A DNA stretch of 54,253 bases from a virus (IMGVR_UViG_3300037258_001211:1-54253); one strand, 5' to 3'. Shown: positions 26,173-35,339, numbered from the stretch's first letter. The notes: generated by a model not told the origin, from the letters alone. Numbers and translations are program-made.

Positions 26173-26469
26173 TTACGGGGTGCCCAACTTGGTGCCGGCA
26201 TAGTTGTTTTGGTTGCCCGACAAGAGCGTCGATGCTCGGCCAGAACGCGCTGCCGCAGCTCCGATCGCGCTTTGCTGCGCGGCCAAAGCGGCAGGGTCGT
26301 TCGGATCGGGCATCGGCATCGGAGGCGGGGGAGGCGGAGGCTTTGGCGGCCCGCTGAACAGCGATTGATAGCGCTTCCGCTCAACCGTGAACGGTGCCGC
26401 TATCCGCACGCCCGCGCGCCAATGGCTATGACGCCGGCCATCAGCCAACGTCGCGAGCAGAGCAGACAT
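26173..26469 (-). CDS. Small Pro-rich virion protein preceding portal
   Basis: SLFSGPPKPPPPPPPMPMPDP...SGRASTLL...KLG. Confidence 0.7.
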   Translation of the reverse strand: MSALLATLADGRRHSHWRAGVRIAAPFTVERKRYQSLFSGPPKPPPPPPPMPMPDPNDPAALAAQQSAIGAAAARSGRASTLLSGNQNNYAGTKLGTP

Positions 26470-26870
26470 CAGCCGTAATTCCCGGCCGCGAGGGTCAGCG
26501 GGACATACACGATCCCGTCGATCTCGACGCAGACCTTGAACGCGGTCTTCGACGTATCGGTGATCGACAGCTCATAGGTGCCGTTGGCGATGTTTTGCAC
26601 CATCAGCGCCTTTTTCGCGACGAAGGTGCTGAGGATTTGGCCCGTGGTGCCAGCGGTCTTGTCCGTGACCGTACCCGAGGCCGTCGTCGCCGTGAGCCCG
26701 AGCCCCGTCGCGCTGTCGCTCAGGTACACCAAAAACGATTTCGGGCCAACTGGCTTGCCGTTGTTGTTCTTCAACGTCAGCGTCACGAGCGTGGCGTTCG
26801 AGCCATCGGTCGCCACCACCGCCGTCACGTAATGCGGGCGATCGTACATCCACTGTTGAGAATCCGGCAT
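26469..26870 (-). CDS. Thr-rich beta-sandwich putative structural protein
   Basis: 133 aa, GAAAGG RBS, between TerL and portal. Confidence 0.7.
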   Translation of the reverse strand: MPDSQQWMYDRPHYVTAVVATDGSNATLVTLTLKNNNGKPVGPKSFLVYLSDSATGLGLTATTASGTVTDKTAGTTGQILSTFVAKKALMVQNIANGTYELSITDTSKTAFKVCVEIDGIVYVPLTLAAGNYG

Positions 26871-26891
26871 GACAGAGACCTTTCGTAAGAA

Positions 26892-28526
26892 TTACCGACG
26901 CCGCTTGACGCGCTCATACCCAACCCGGGCCTTCGTCTGGAGAGGTTGCGGCATTCCCCGCATCGCCGCTCGCTCATCACCGTGTGCCCAGGCCATGACC
27001 ACGGCATCCGCCTTATCGGGAGACCGGCCCAACCGCTTCCGGATCTGCTCTTTCATCTCGATCTGGATCGTCTTCGCTTCCGGCACTCGTTGCGGCATCG
27101 CCAGTTCGGCGGCCAACTCCGGGTCAGGGGGAAGCGCGATATCGGCGCCAGTCTCGGGGTCCAAGGCTTCACGGAAGCGCCACCATGCTTCTGCGCGCTT
27201 ATTGGCGAACCGCTCGATCCCGTTCGCGCTCATCGCGTGGCTTGGGCCGATCCCAAAGAACCCCACAACCCCATCCTCGGGGAGTTGTGTGCGGAGATGC
27301 CCGTAAGCCGTCGAGCCCCAACCACCGCCGAGATCGATAACCACCGTGCAGCCATCCCGCATGACGCTGAACACATGCCCCGCGACCGCAGGCCCATCCT
27401 TCGTGTCGACCCCATCGACCGCTTTTACAGGCGCGAACCAACTGCCGTAGCGTGGGGCGAGGGTCGTGCGATCGGGACCGCCTTGCGCGACATCGACACC
27501 TAACGCCGTCATCGGCATCTTCGGGTGTTCCGGCGTCCACCTCAGCCGCGCCAGTCTGATCCAATCCGAGGGGATGACTTGCCATGCCGCATCCTCGCGC
27601 CCGGCGAAGAAGTCACCCTTGAGAAGCTGAGAACGAAGCGGTTCCGGCAGGTTTTGCAGTGTCGCCCGGTAGTCTGTCCGAGCCAGAAAAGGGTTATCGT
27701 CGAGCGTCGCCGGCAGATAGGTCCGCGAGCGCGCCGTATAATCCTCATCGTCGACATGATATGGACCGGGGCCATCGACCCAGCGCGTCTTGCCTTTGAC
27801 GACGATAAACCAGCGCAATTCCCCGGGCTGTGCGGGATTGGGAAACCCCGGATCAAGCCACGGCGCGAACCACTCGACAACCCAAAACCCCTCCGCACCG
27901 CGCGGCGGATTGGATGCCATGATGACGCGGCACCGCTGTTTCGGATCGGTCGATCGTACCCAGCCGATCAGCGCCGAAACCTGTTCCTCCAGAAACTCCC
28001 CGGCTTCATCAAGACCGAGAAAATCACGCGGTCTGCCAGCGTAGTCGTTCCAGTCGTCCGGTTCCCGACAGCCGCCAAGCCGGATCGTCCTTGGCCCTTG
28101 GCTATGTGTCCCGCCGTTCCCTTCGTAGCGCCAGCCGTCACGGCCGAGCATCTGGTGGAGATCGGCGATCAGCCCGTCAAGCTCGGTCGATTGTCGGCGC
28201 AGGATCAACGAACGTTGGTGTTCGGTCGCCGCGCAGCCGAGCAGGAGATACGATTTCGAGCCGCCCGCCTGCCCGCCAAACAGCAGTTCATCCGCGAGGC
28301 TGCGCAACGCCGCCGTCTGCGGGCCAGGGAGCGGGATAAACGGCTGGCTGAGCGCCGAACCCAGCGCCTTGACGACTTGCCCCCGTTGGTCTTCGCTGAG
28401 CCGCGCAAGATCGCCTTCGAGGGTTTTCAGCTGTTCCGTTGCCGGGAGCGACAGGAATTCCGCCAGCGCGTTCGCCCCTACGGCGTCACGATTGGCGCCT
28501 GACGGCTTCACCAGAGCCGCGAGCAA
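26892..28526 (-). CDS. terL: Terminase large subunit
   Basis: Walker A LLFGGQAGGSKS, Walker B LGLDEAGEF, ASNPP, nuclease GVDVAQGG and SPDKADA; start uncertain. Confidence 0.93.
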   Translation of the reverse strand: MLAALVKPSGANRDAVGANALAEFLSLPATEQLKTLEGDLARLSEDQRGQVVKALGSALSQPFIPLPGPQTAALRSLADELLFGGQAGGSKSYLLLGCAATEHQRSLILRRQSTELDGLIADLHQMLGRDGWRYEGNGGTHSQGPRTIRLGGCREPDDWNDYAGRPRDFLGLDEAGEFLEEQVSALIGWVRSTDPKQRCRVIMASNPPRGAEGFWVVEWFAPWLDPGFPNPAQPGELRWFIVVKGKTRWVDGPGPYHVDDEDYTARSRTYLPATLDDNPFLARTDYRATLQNLPEPLRSQLLKGDFFAGREDAAWQVIPSDWIRLARLRWTPEHPKMPMTALGVDVAQGGPDRTTLAPRYGSWFAPVKAVDGVDTKDGPAVAGHVFSVMRDGCTVVIDLGGGWGSTAYGHLRTQLPEDGVVGFFGIGPSHAMSANGIERFANKRAEAWWRFREALDPETGADIALPPDPELAAELAMPQRVPEAKTIQIEMKEQIRKRLGRSPDKADAVVMAWAHGDERAAMRGMPQPLQTKARVGYERVKRRR

Positions 28527-28541
28527 TGTGCCGAGCAGGGT

Positions 28542-28907
28542 CTAGCGCCCCTCTAGCACTATGATTGTCGAGCCCACAGTGCTGATCCCGTGCACGATCC
28601 CGGTCGGCACCGTCCCAGCTTCCCAGCATTTGACGCCGCCGTCTTTGGCTACCAGCCAGCCCTGCCCCGCGACAGCCACAGTGCCATTGAACGCGAGCGT
28701 CATATCATCGTCGCCGATGTTCTGGAGGCACAACGAGCGATCGGCCGGCCCTGCGTTGAGCGGTCCATCGGTCGCGGCCGACAACGTGACCACGGTTTGC
28801 GTGATCGCTACACCAGTCGGCGGTTCCGCCATCGCCGCGACAGGCAGCAGCAGCGCCGCAACCACGATCAGAACTCTCATCATCGCTTTCTTCCCGCGCA
28901 TGGTCAT
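28542..28907 (-). CDS. Small beta-rich spike/penton-like protein with signal peptide
   Basis: MMRVLIVVAALLLPVAAMA|EPP...LCLQNIGDDDM...IIVLEG. Confidence 0.65.
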   Translation of the reverse strand: MTMRGKKAMMRVLIVVAALLLPVAAMAEPPTGVAITQTVVTLSAATDGPLNAGPADRSLCLQNIGDDDMTLAFNGTVAVAGQGWLVAKDGGVKCWEAGTVPTGIVHGISTVGSTIIVLEGR

Positions 28908-31036
28908 TGCGTCTGATAGGTGCCGGAGACAATCAGCGTTTCGCCGTCCGCGCCGGGGTAGGTGTTGTCGTAATTATGGATGAGCATCGTCGCGCTATTG
29001 CTCGGGACGAACCCCACCAGCATACTCCCCGAAACCACCGTCGCCTGTCCCGCAACGACCGTCGCTTCCGTCGCCGTGGTCGGCAAAGTGATACTCAGAT
29101 CAGTGGCGCATGACCCGTTAGTCGTATCGGTGATAACGGCCTGGAACGTTGCGATCTTGCGCAGCCTGTCGACCACATAAGTGCCCGTCGCCGTGATATC
29201 CGACTTTGTGCCACTTCCACAGCCAACTGTTGGCGTATAAGTGGTTCGCTGGATCGCTCCGCAATCCGCGCTGTAGGATGCTGTGCTGTTGCCCACCGGC
29301 AAGGCTCCGGGATTTATGCCGGCGTTCTCCGCCGTGCAATTGATCCCATATCCACCATTGTTGATGATGGCCGTCGCGCTCGACGTATCAACAACAACGT
29401 CGCCATCTTCAACAAGAATGCCGTCGGTCCCGGCATTGAATATAAAGGGCGAGGAAATGCTGACCACTCCGCCAGCCATTGCTTTTATGTCGATATTGGA
29501 CGTGGCCGCGCTCGCCACCCATCCGGCGATCTGAATCAAATCCCCGCCGTGGCTATCATTGATCTCGACATTCGGCCCGATCGCCGAGCTATCGATCGTC
29601 GCGCCTTTTTCGAGGAAGATTTCCCGGTTTACCTCATCGGCCAGCGCGTTATCGACCAGCACATTGGTCCCCGCGCTCGTCACGTCGCCGATCAGGTGGA
29701 ACCCACCAAACGCACCGCCAATATGGATGCCCACGGCCATCGCTTTGCCGTTGGCCGGGCTGATCTTGCCCCCGATAATCCAGAAATCAGCTTTGAACTT
29801 ACCGGCGCCGACGCCGCCGTTGACCTCGACACCATCATTTTGCGCCGATGCCTGCCCTTCATACGAAGAGACATGATCGCACTGGTCGCACCACAGCCCG
29901 TTCCAGAGATTGCCGTTACCCTCCTGCCCGTCAATATCGACGTTCCACAGTGAGGTATGCCCGACTTGCTCCAGGTGAAAGGCGGCGCTCGTCGTCATCA
30001 CCGTGTTGGACGCGATCCTGAAATTTTTGAACACGAGCCCTTGCGAGGCAGAGCCAGAAGTCGACCCGATCGCGATAAGGTCGCCAGTGGTCCCGGCGCC
30101 CGTATAGAGGAACCCCGACGCCGGCCCGCTTCCGTAAATGCCCCAGTTCGATGCGCCGGAAGCGCCCCACGCCTGCGCGGTTTCAAAGCCAATCAGACCG
30201 GGGGGTAGGAGCAACTTACCATGATTGGCGACAGCCCACGCCACGCTCGCAGCGAGGGCGGTGCTGTTGTCGGTCGCGCCGCCGTCCGCGACGACGCCCC
30301 ACTCGCGAATGTCTGCCCCTGACGCAGGGAACACAGCGAGCCAGCACTTATTGTCCGCGCTCTTGACCTCTGAGCCGTCATCGCCATTGCCGGTATTGAG
30401 GCCACACGCCGAGCTGCTGGCAATATAATCGAGGGGCGGCACATCGCCCGCCGCATAGAATCCTATGCGTCGCACCCGGGCTGGCATCGATGCGGTCGAA
30501 CGCGCCTTGAGCACGGTGTTCGTTTCGATCAGCGGGGCAAATGTCCCGCCCGCATCCGCCGCCGCAGTGCCATCGGTCGAGTTCCACAACATCCCATTGC
30601 CGACGACCGTGGTTAGCGGGCCGACGACGTTTCCGTTCCCCTGCCCGGGGATCGAATAGGTCTGGCCGTTGATGCGGATGTGCGCCCCTTGATCCGAGAG
30701 ACCAAAGCTGTCGACCGTCAGAAGCGCGTTGCCGTCCGCATCATGACCGAGGCAGAACGCCCGATAATCGCCACCCGTCGCCGCCGTGTTGGCACACACC
30801 CCGGGGCCAAGGCTGTCCTCGACCGCGAACGGGAGAACACCGCGTCCGTTCGCGTCTCCCAGCACATTGCCCGCATCGCCGATCTGACCATCGCGCCAGA
30901 ACTTAGCGAGACCGCCTGGCAGGGTAAGCGTGCCGCTCTGGTACACCGGGACCGATTGCCCGCTCGCCACGATCGGCGTGCAGACTATCGCCAGCCCGGC
31001 AAGCGCCGCGCCGTATCGACGCCCCAACAGGGTCAT
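28904..31036 (-). CDS. Tailspike/depolymerase-like beta-helix protein 2 with N-terminal signal peptide
   Basis: DIREWGVVADGGATDNSTAL...LLLPPG; N-terminal domain homologous to 4963..7314. Confidence 0.85.
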   Translation of the reverse strand: MTLLGRRYGAALAGLAIVCTPIVASGQSVPVYQSGTLTLPGGLAKFWRDGQIGDAGNVLGDANGRGVLPFAVEDSLGPGVCANTAATGGDYRAFCLGHDADGNALLTVDSFGLSDQGAHIRINGQTYSIPGQGNGNVVGPLTTVVGNGMLWNSTDGTAAADAGGTFAPLIETNTVLKARSTASMPARVRRIGFYAAGDVPPLDYIASSSACGLNTGNGDDGSEVKSADNKCWLAVFPASGADIREWGVVADGGATDNSTALAASVAWAVANHGKLLLPPGLIGFETAQAWGASGASNWGIYGSGPASGFLYTGAGTTGDLIAIGSTSGSASQGLVFKNFRIASNTVMTTSAAFHLEQVGHTSLWNVDIDGQEGNGNLWNGLWCDQCDHVSSYEGQASAQNDGVEVNGGVGAGKFKADFWIIGGKISPANGKAMAVGIHIGGAFGGFHLIGDVTSAGTNVLVDNALADEVNREIFLEKGATIDSSAIGPNVEINDSHGGDLIQIAGWVASAATSNIDIKAMAGGVVSISSPFIFNAGTDGILVEDGDVVVDTSSATAIINNGGYGINCTAENAGINPGALPVGNSTASYSADCGAIQRTTYTPTVGCGSGTKSDITATGTYVVDRLRKIATFQAVITDTTNGSCATDLSITLPTTATEATVVAGQATVVSGSMLVGFVPSNSATMLIHNYDNTYPGADGETLIVSGTYQTQ

Positions 31037-31135
31037 TCGGTCTCTTTCAACCAGAGATGTACAAGGATTTTGGAGAAGAGGGTGTTTCCCCGAGAATTTT
31101 GGCACTCGGTGAATATCTACGGTAGAATGCCGCCC

Positions 31136-31549
31136 CTATTCGGGCTTCTTCGCCCCGTGCAGGATGCCCAGCAGCGCCAGCGCGACCTTCGTATGATCAG
31201 CCTCGGGCGGAATCAGATCCTTGCCGTCAGCGCCAACGATCTCGGTCTTCTCGCGGAAGTCCTCGGGCGCGTGGTTTTTGAGGCCGAATATGACCATTGT
31301 GGCCTGCCCACTTTGGCCGCCTTCACTCGCCACTCCGCGCGCCCGATCCTCCCACCAGCGGGCCCGTTTTGACTTCGCGCGCCCTACGGCTTCTGAAAAT
31401 GCTGGAAATTCCGCGATCCACTCGTTGATCGTTGAACGCGCGACGCCGATCTCGCCAGCGAATGCAGTCAGCGAATAACCTTGATCGCAGAAGGTCACGA
31501 CCTCCTCGCAATAGGCCGGGCTGTATTTTGAGGGGCGACCGATGGGCAT
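31136..31549 (-). CDS. terS: Terminase small subunit
   Basis: MPIGRPSKYSPAYCE...GVARSTINEW...FSEA...IFGLKN. Confidence 0.85.
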   Translation of the reverse strand: MPIGRPSKYSPAYCEEVVTFCDQGYSLTAFAGEIGVARSTINEWIAEFPAFSEAVGRAKSKRARWWEDRARGVASEGGQSGQATMVIFGLKNHAPEDFREKTEIVGADGKDLIPPEADHTKVALALLGILHGAKKPE

Positions 31550-31553
31550 CCGG

Positions 31554-31763
31554 CTACTTCGCCTTGATCCCGAGCTTGCGCCGCGCTTCAGCCTTGATGC
31601 GCGCTTCCGTTGCGGCGCTGATATTGCCGGCGCGCTCTGACCGCGTTGCGCCACTGATGGCGAGCCTAGCATGGGTCGCGTCGTTCATCGGGAAGCTGCG
31701 GCCCGGACCAGCAAAATCCGAGCTCGGCATCTTTTTGCGCTTGGCTGCACTAAGGACGGTCAT
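31554..31763 (-). CDS. Small basic phage protein (DUF6582-like)
   Basis: LSAAKRKKMPSSDFAGPGRSFPMNDATHAR. Confidence 0.7.
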   Translation of the reverse strand: MTVLSAAKRKKMPSSDFAGPGRSFPMNDATHARLAISGATRSERAGNISAATEARIKAEARRKLGIKAK

Positions 31764-31962
31764 GCTCGCTCTTTCACGAGAGAGATAGCGGGTGTAGGGT
31801 TTCCGCTCTGTGGGAGCGAAGGACATGCGGGTTTTGATATTGGTGATTGTCGTCGTCGGCGCGGGCATATTCGCCTATGGGGCGCTGTCGCGGCAGCCGA
31901 ATGTCGTGGCTGAGATGGGCGTGGCGGCCGGGAGGGCCGGCATCGCGGCGAGATAATGCGCC

Positions 31963-31998
31963 AGCCAGCAATGCTACCGCAGCCAGCAATGCTACCGC
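31963..31998 (-). promoter_or_regulatory. Perfect 18-bp tandem repeat with ops-like core GCGGTAG
   Basis: GCGGTAGCATTGCTGGCT x2 on the minus strand, downstream of the nusG paralog. Confidence 0.65.
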
Positions 31999-32044
31999 GC
32001 GGTTCCACCCCGGCTATCCGCCGCGTGAACACCGCGCATGCGTT

Positions 32045-32074
32045 CTTATCGCACATATTGGGATAGGCCGTCAA
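32045..32074 (-). promoter_or_regulatory. Putative late promoter
   Basis: TTGACG-N17/18-(C)GATAAG immediately after the nusG-like stop. Confidence 0.55.
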
Positions 32075-32076
32075 TC

Positions 32077-32577
32077 TCACACCAACTCTAGCTCGCGCTC
32101 GTCGACGGTCATCTTTATGCCAAGCATATTGCGGATGATCGCCTTTCCGCTTCCGCTCAATCCTTCGATGATAGCCTCGATGCGGGAACCGTGGAAATCG
32201 AACGCCACAGCTCCTCCAATGGTCAGATCGGGGCGGCGGGCACGCTTGTCTCCCGGCCGAGGCTCGTCAAATGCTCCCGCCATCTCTTTCCGCCACAGGC
32301 CCATTACCTCCTCATCGCCCATGACCGCGATTTCTCCGCTCATCCGCATGGGGCCAACCGTGCCGGATACGGGCTGAGCGAAGCCGCGCCAGTCCTGAAC
32401 AAAGACGTAACTGGGCAGAAGCGGCAGCATTCGGAGCGCATAAGGCCGATCGCGCCCATGCGGCCAGTAAATTTTGCGATAGGTCAGCAGCAACGACCGA
32501 TTTCCGGCCTGGCGAATGCTTTTGGCCGCGATCTCTTCCGCGCCCGGCTTCGTGACGATGATGGTCCACGGCACCAT
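32077..32577 (-). CDS. NusG/RfaH-family antiterminator
   Basis: WTIIVTKPGAE...PLLPSYVFV NGN domain; degenerate KOW C-terminus; occupies the lambda Q position. Confidence 0.85.
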   Translation of the reverse strand: MVPWTIIVTKPGAEEIAAKSIRQAGNRSLLLTYRKIYWPHGRDRPYALRMLPLLPSYVFVQDWRGFAQPVSGTVGPMRMSGEIAVMGDEEVMGLWRKEMAGAFDEPRPGDKRARRPDLTIGGAVAFDFHGSRIEAIIEGLSGSGKAIIRNMLGIKMTVDERELELV

Positions 32578-32649
32578 GATTTCCTGTTCCCCAAAGATCA
32601 CTTTCCCCGATTACGTGAATTGCTGGCGAGACGGATCACCACGCAGCGA

Positions 32650-32928
32650 TCATCGCCCATTGATTTGATCCTTGAACGCCCCGGCTGGCTTAAAGACGAT
32701 CGCCGTATGTGCCGGAACCTCAACGGGCTCTCCGGTGCGGGGGTTGCGGCGCATCGCGGTCCGACGGTGCTTCATGGTGAAGCTACCGAAGCCGGCGAGG
32801 CGCACGCCATCTCCCACACTCATCTGAGTCACGATACGGTGAAAAACCGCACTCACAGCCGCAGCCGCGTCGCGACTAGTTAGGCCCGTGTCCCACGAAA
32901 CGGCGGCGATCAGCTCTTGCTTGTTCAT
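32650..32928 (-). CDS. hup: HU family DNA-binding protein
   Basis: MNKQELIAAV...VRLAGFGSF...RNPRTGE...FKPAGAFKD. Confidence 0.93.
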   Translation of the reverse strand: MNKQELIAAVSWDTGLTSRDAAAAVSAVFHRIVTQMSVGDGVRLAGFGSFTMKHRRTAMRRNPRTGEPVEVPAHTAIVFKPAGAFKDQINGR

Positions 32929-33176
32929 GATGATGTTCTCCTTGGGGTGTTTCGGCGTCGTAGGATTTCTTCGGCCTCACGCAAGACGGCCTCTTCGTGA
33001 TCGATGCGACGGCTCGCTTTGATCGCCGCGACCTCGGCAGGGGTGCGTCGCTTTCCGCCGATGCTGGTCATGCACGTACACCCGGCGTACGTGATCCCCG
33101 GACTTCTCTCGTGAAACGCGCATGTGCGATGCTCGTAAGTGAGTTCCCACTCGTCCTCGTCGTGGCGGATCAGCAT
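32925..33176 (-). CDS. Hypothetical protein
   Basis: Translationally coupled to both neighbours. Confidence 0.6.
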   Translation of the reverse strand: MLIRHDEDEWELTYEHRTCAFHERSPGITYAGCTCMTSIGGKRRTPAEVAAIKASRRIDHEEAVLREAEEILRRRNTPRRTSS

Positions 33177-33794
33177 CTACGGCTCCTCATCTTCCATAAG
33201 TCCGGTATCGATCAGGGATTGACGATCAGCGGCGAGCTTTTCGGGCGAGGGTTGCTCGCTCCGACGCACAGAGGCTTCCGGCGCATCGGCAACGTTCACG
33301 ATCTTCTTGCACGCCTCCGCATAGGTGCCGCCAGCCTCAAGATACGCGTCGAAATCGTCGTAGCCCTGTTTCCGCGCCCAGTCGTTGGCGAACGATCGAG
33401 CCTCTAGGCTTTCGTAATCCGTCAGGGCTCTCCGCTCGGGGCGTCGGGGTGCCGGCAGAGCTTTGAGGCGGGCATCCTCGTGCCGATCGTGGTTGATCGC
33501 GATGCAGCGTGCCCGGATATCGGCCGGCGTCGGGCGCTTGCTCTGCGTGCGCCGCCAATCCGTGCACGCGTCAGCGACGATTTCGGGGCCGAACCCTTTC
33601 AGATCGTCGACCCAATCTTTCGCCATCGACGCCCGCGCCGCATCAGAGATTTGCCCAGCCCAGAAATGCAGCAGAAGGCGAGCGACAACCCCCGCAATTT
33701 CACGCTCGGGTGACGTAATCGAACGCTGCGAGTTCAGCGTCGTGGGGACTGATCCGGCCCGCGAAACCTCGTCCATTATCCAATTTCCCGTCAT
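33177..33794 (-). CDS. Replication accessory protein (helicase-loader position)
   Basis: DWVDDL...ACTDWRRT..RPTPADIR; follows the initiator. Confidence 0.65.
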   Translation of the reverse strand: MTGNWIMDEVSRAGSVPTTLNSQRSITSPEREIAGVVARLLLHFWAGQISDAARASMAKDWVDDLKGFGPEIVADACTDWRRTQSKRPTPADIRARCIAINHDRHEDARLKALPAPRRPERRALTDYESLEARSFANDWARKQGYDDFDAYLEAGGTYAEACKKIVNVADAPEASVRRSEQPSPEKLAADRQSLIDTGLMEDEEP

Positions 33795-34491
33795 TCTGCG
33801 CCGGCTCGTCGAGCCAGCGGTTTCCGTTCAGCCAAGTCGCGGGGTTACACCACGCCCTATCTGGAGGCTTGGTCGCCACATAGCGGCGCAAGCCCTCCAG
33901 CAGCCGTTCGGGGCTGGCTCGTGCCAGAGCGGAGCGATAGGCCTTCTCGGCAGTGGCCCGCCCGACCTTGTGCGGGTACTCGGCGTACCAGCCATCGAAG
34001 GATTTCGGGATCGCGCGCACGATAGGTGAGCGAAGCGAACCTTCTTCTTCTTTCCTTATTTCAACCCCTTGATAAGACGCGCGCGTATCCGGGGCAAAAT
34101 CGTTCCAAGATCGTTCCAGTTTCGTTTCATCGGTACTATTTTTCTCGTCTTTCTGGTACGAAAAGTCGTTGTAATTGCAGATCGTTATAAGGAATTGCCG
34201 GCCTATTTTTTTCGTACCGATGAAACGATGCTGGTACAATTCTGAAACGAAACGCGCGACTTTCGTAGTAGGCCAGCCCCACTGACCCCCCATATCTCGT
34301 ATGCTGATCGACAACTCGCCGCGGGCGAGCTCCACCATTTGCCCCTCGATCTTGGCAGCCGTCGCTTTGAATGCGGCTTTCTCGACCAGCCACATCCATG
34401 CGGCGTGCCGGCTCAACGGCTCGCGGTTCGGCGACCCGAAAATCGGGTGCTCCATCCATCCGCGCTGGATCGTGTAATAGCCTTGGCCCAT
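33700..34491 (-). CDS. Phage replication initiator (lambda O-like)
   Basis: GYYTIQRGWMEHP...AWMWLV...LARGEL...ITICNYNDF; C-terminal WYAEYPHKVGR...NPATWLNGNRW. Confidence 0.85.
   Translation of the reverse strand: MGQGYYTIQRGWMEHPIFGSPNREPLSRHAAWMWLVEKAAFKATAAKIEGQMVELARGELSISIRDMGGQWGWPTTKVARFVSELYQHRFIGTKKIGRQFLITICNYNDFSYQKDEKNSTDETKLERSWNDFAPDTRASYQGVEIRKEEEGSLRSPIVRAIPKSFDGWYAEYPHKVGRATAEKAYRSALARASPERLLEGLRRYVATKPPDRAWCNPATWLNGNRWLDEPAQNDGKLDNGRGFAGRISPHDAELAAFDYVTRA
34097..34129. repeat. Three 11-bp tandem repeats inside the initiator gene (candidate origin iterons)
   Basis: aaatcgttcca-agatcgttcca-gtttcgtttca next to an AT-rich stretch. Confidence 0.55.
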
Positions 34492-34529
34492 GTGCGTCGC
34501 GCTCTCCCCAGCGCTAAAAATGTGTTCAG

Positions 34530-35339
34530 TTAAAACGCTGCGCTGCATCCCGAAGGAGAGCGCGTGATCGCCCGCGATATGGACCCCGCGGAGCCATGGT
34601 CGTCCGCTGCTTGCGGGCTGTCGGCGAACATGTCGGAAGGCGCTCCAGGAATGGGGCCGGCGAACTGGCGGCGCTCGTGCGGCCATGTCGGCGCGCCATA
34701 CGTGATTGGGCGCTCGCCGATCGGCAGTCCCGCCTTTCGGAGTTTCTTCGCTCTCTGCCTGACCGCGCCCTCACCATGACCCGGAAACAGAGCCACGATC
34801 TGTTCGACCGATAAGTCGGAGGTCCAAACGCGGACCAAGAGAGCTTCATCTGTGTCGCTCCACGATCCGGGCCTATTTGAGCTCTGCCCTATCCCTGCTA
34901 TGTGCGGCGTGGTCATATTGCCTCCGTAAGACCTTCCGCGGATGTGCCGCCATCGGCGCTCTTCCAGAGCCTTAACGATCGCGGCCACGTCTGCGGCCAA
35001 TTCGCCGTCGACCTCGACGAGGTCAGCTATCTTGCGCCGCGCGTGCAGAACGGTGGTATGATCGCGGCCACCAAAACGGCGCCCGATCATGGGAAGGCTG
35101 TTCCGCGTGAGGATGCAGCAAAGGTACATTGCGACCTGGCGCGGCCTCGCATATTGGCGACGCCGGCTGCCGTAACTGCCGCCCATGACAACATCGGCCT
35201 CGTCGAGCCAGCCCGTTGATATTCCGAACCGCCCGGCGACGGCGTGCTGTATTTCAGCAATCTGCGGCGCGTTCACGTTGTCTCCGTTGGTACGGTCCGT
35301 AGAGCGGCAGCTGATCGCGTGAGGCTCCGGACCGCTCAT
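34530..35339 (-). CDS. DnaA C-terminal HTH domain fused to a GcrA-like HTH
   Basis: [10 protein letters not shown]...[20 protein letters not shown]; second half WSDTDEALL...AVRQRAKKL. Confidence 0.8.
   Translation of the reverse strand: MSGPEPHAISCRSTDRTNGDNVNAPQIAEIQHAVAGRFGISTGWLDEADVVMGGSYGSRRRQYARPRQVAMYLCCILTRNSLPMIGRRFGGRDHTTVLHARRKIADLVEVDGELAADVAAIVKALEERRWRHIRGRSYGGNMTTPHIAGIGQSSNRPGSWSDTDEALLVRVWTSDLSVEQIVALFPGHGEGAVRQRAKKLRKAGLPIGERPITYGAPTWPHERRQFAGPIPGAPSDMFADSPQAADDHGSAGSISRAITRSPSGCSAAF

Noticed and set aside
26370-26469. Possible insertion or lost start codon in the Pro-rich pre-portal gene (extra 35 aa before SLFSGPPKP)
   Set aside because: Frame is open and coupled to the upstream stop; cannot be distinguished from a natural extension without homologs
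4963-31036. Diversity-generating retroelement, given BPP-1-like head genes and two spikes
   Set aside because: No reverse transcriptase ORF and no TR/VR pair with adenine-specific mismatches seen; spike similarity is N-terminal and at protein level
31774-31989. 71-aa ORF over the late leader
   Set aside because: No clear RBS or motif and it starts inside the tandem repeat; region is better explained as a regulatory leader
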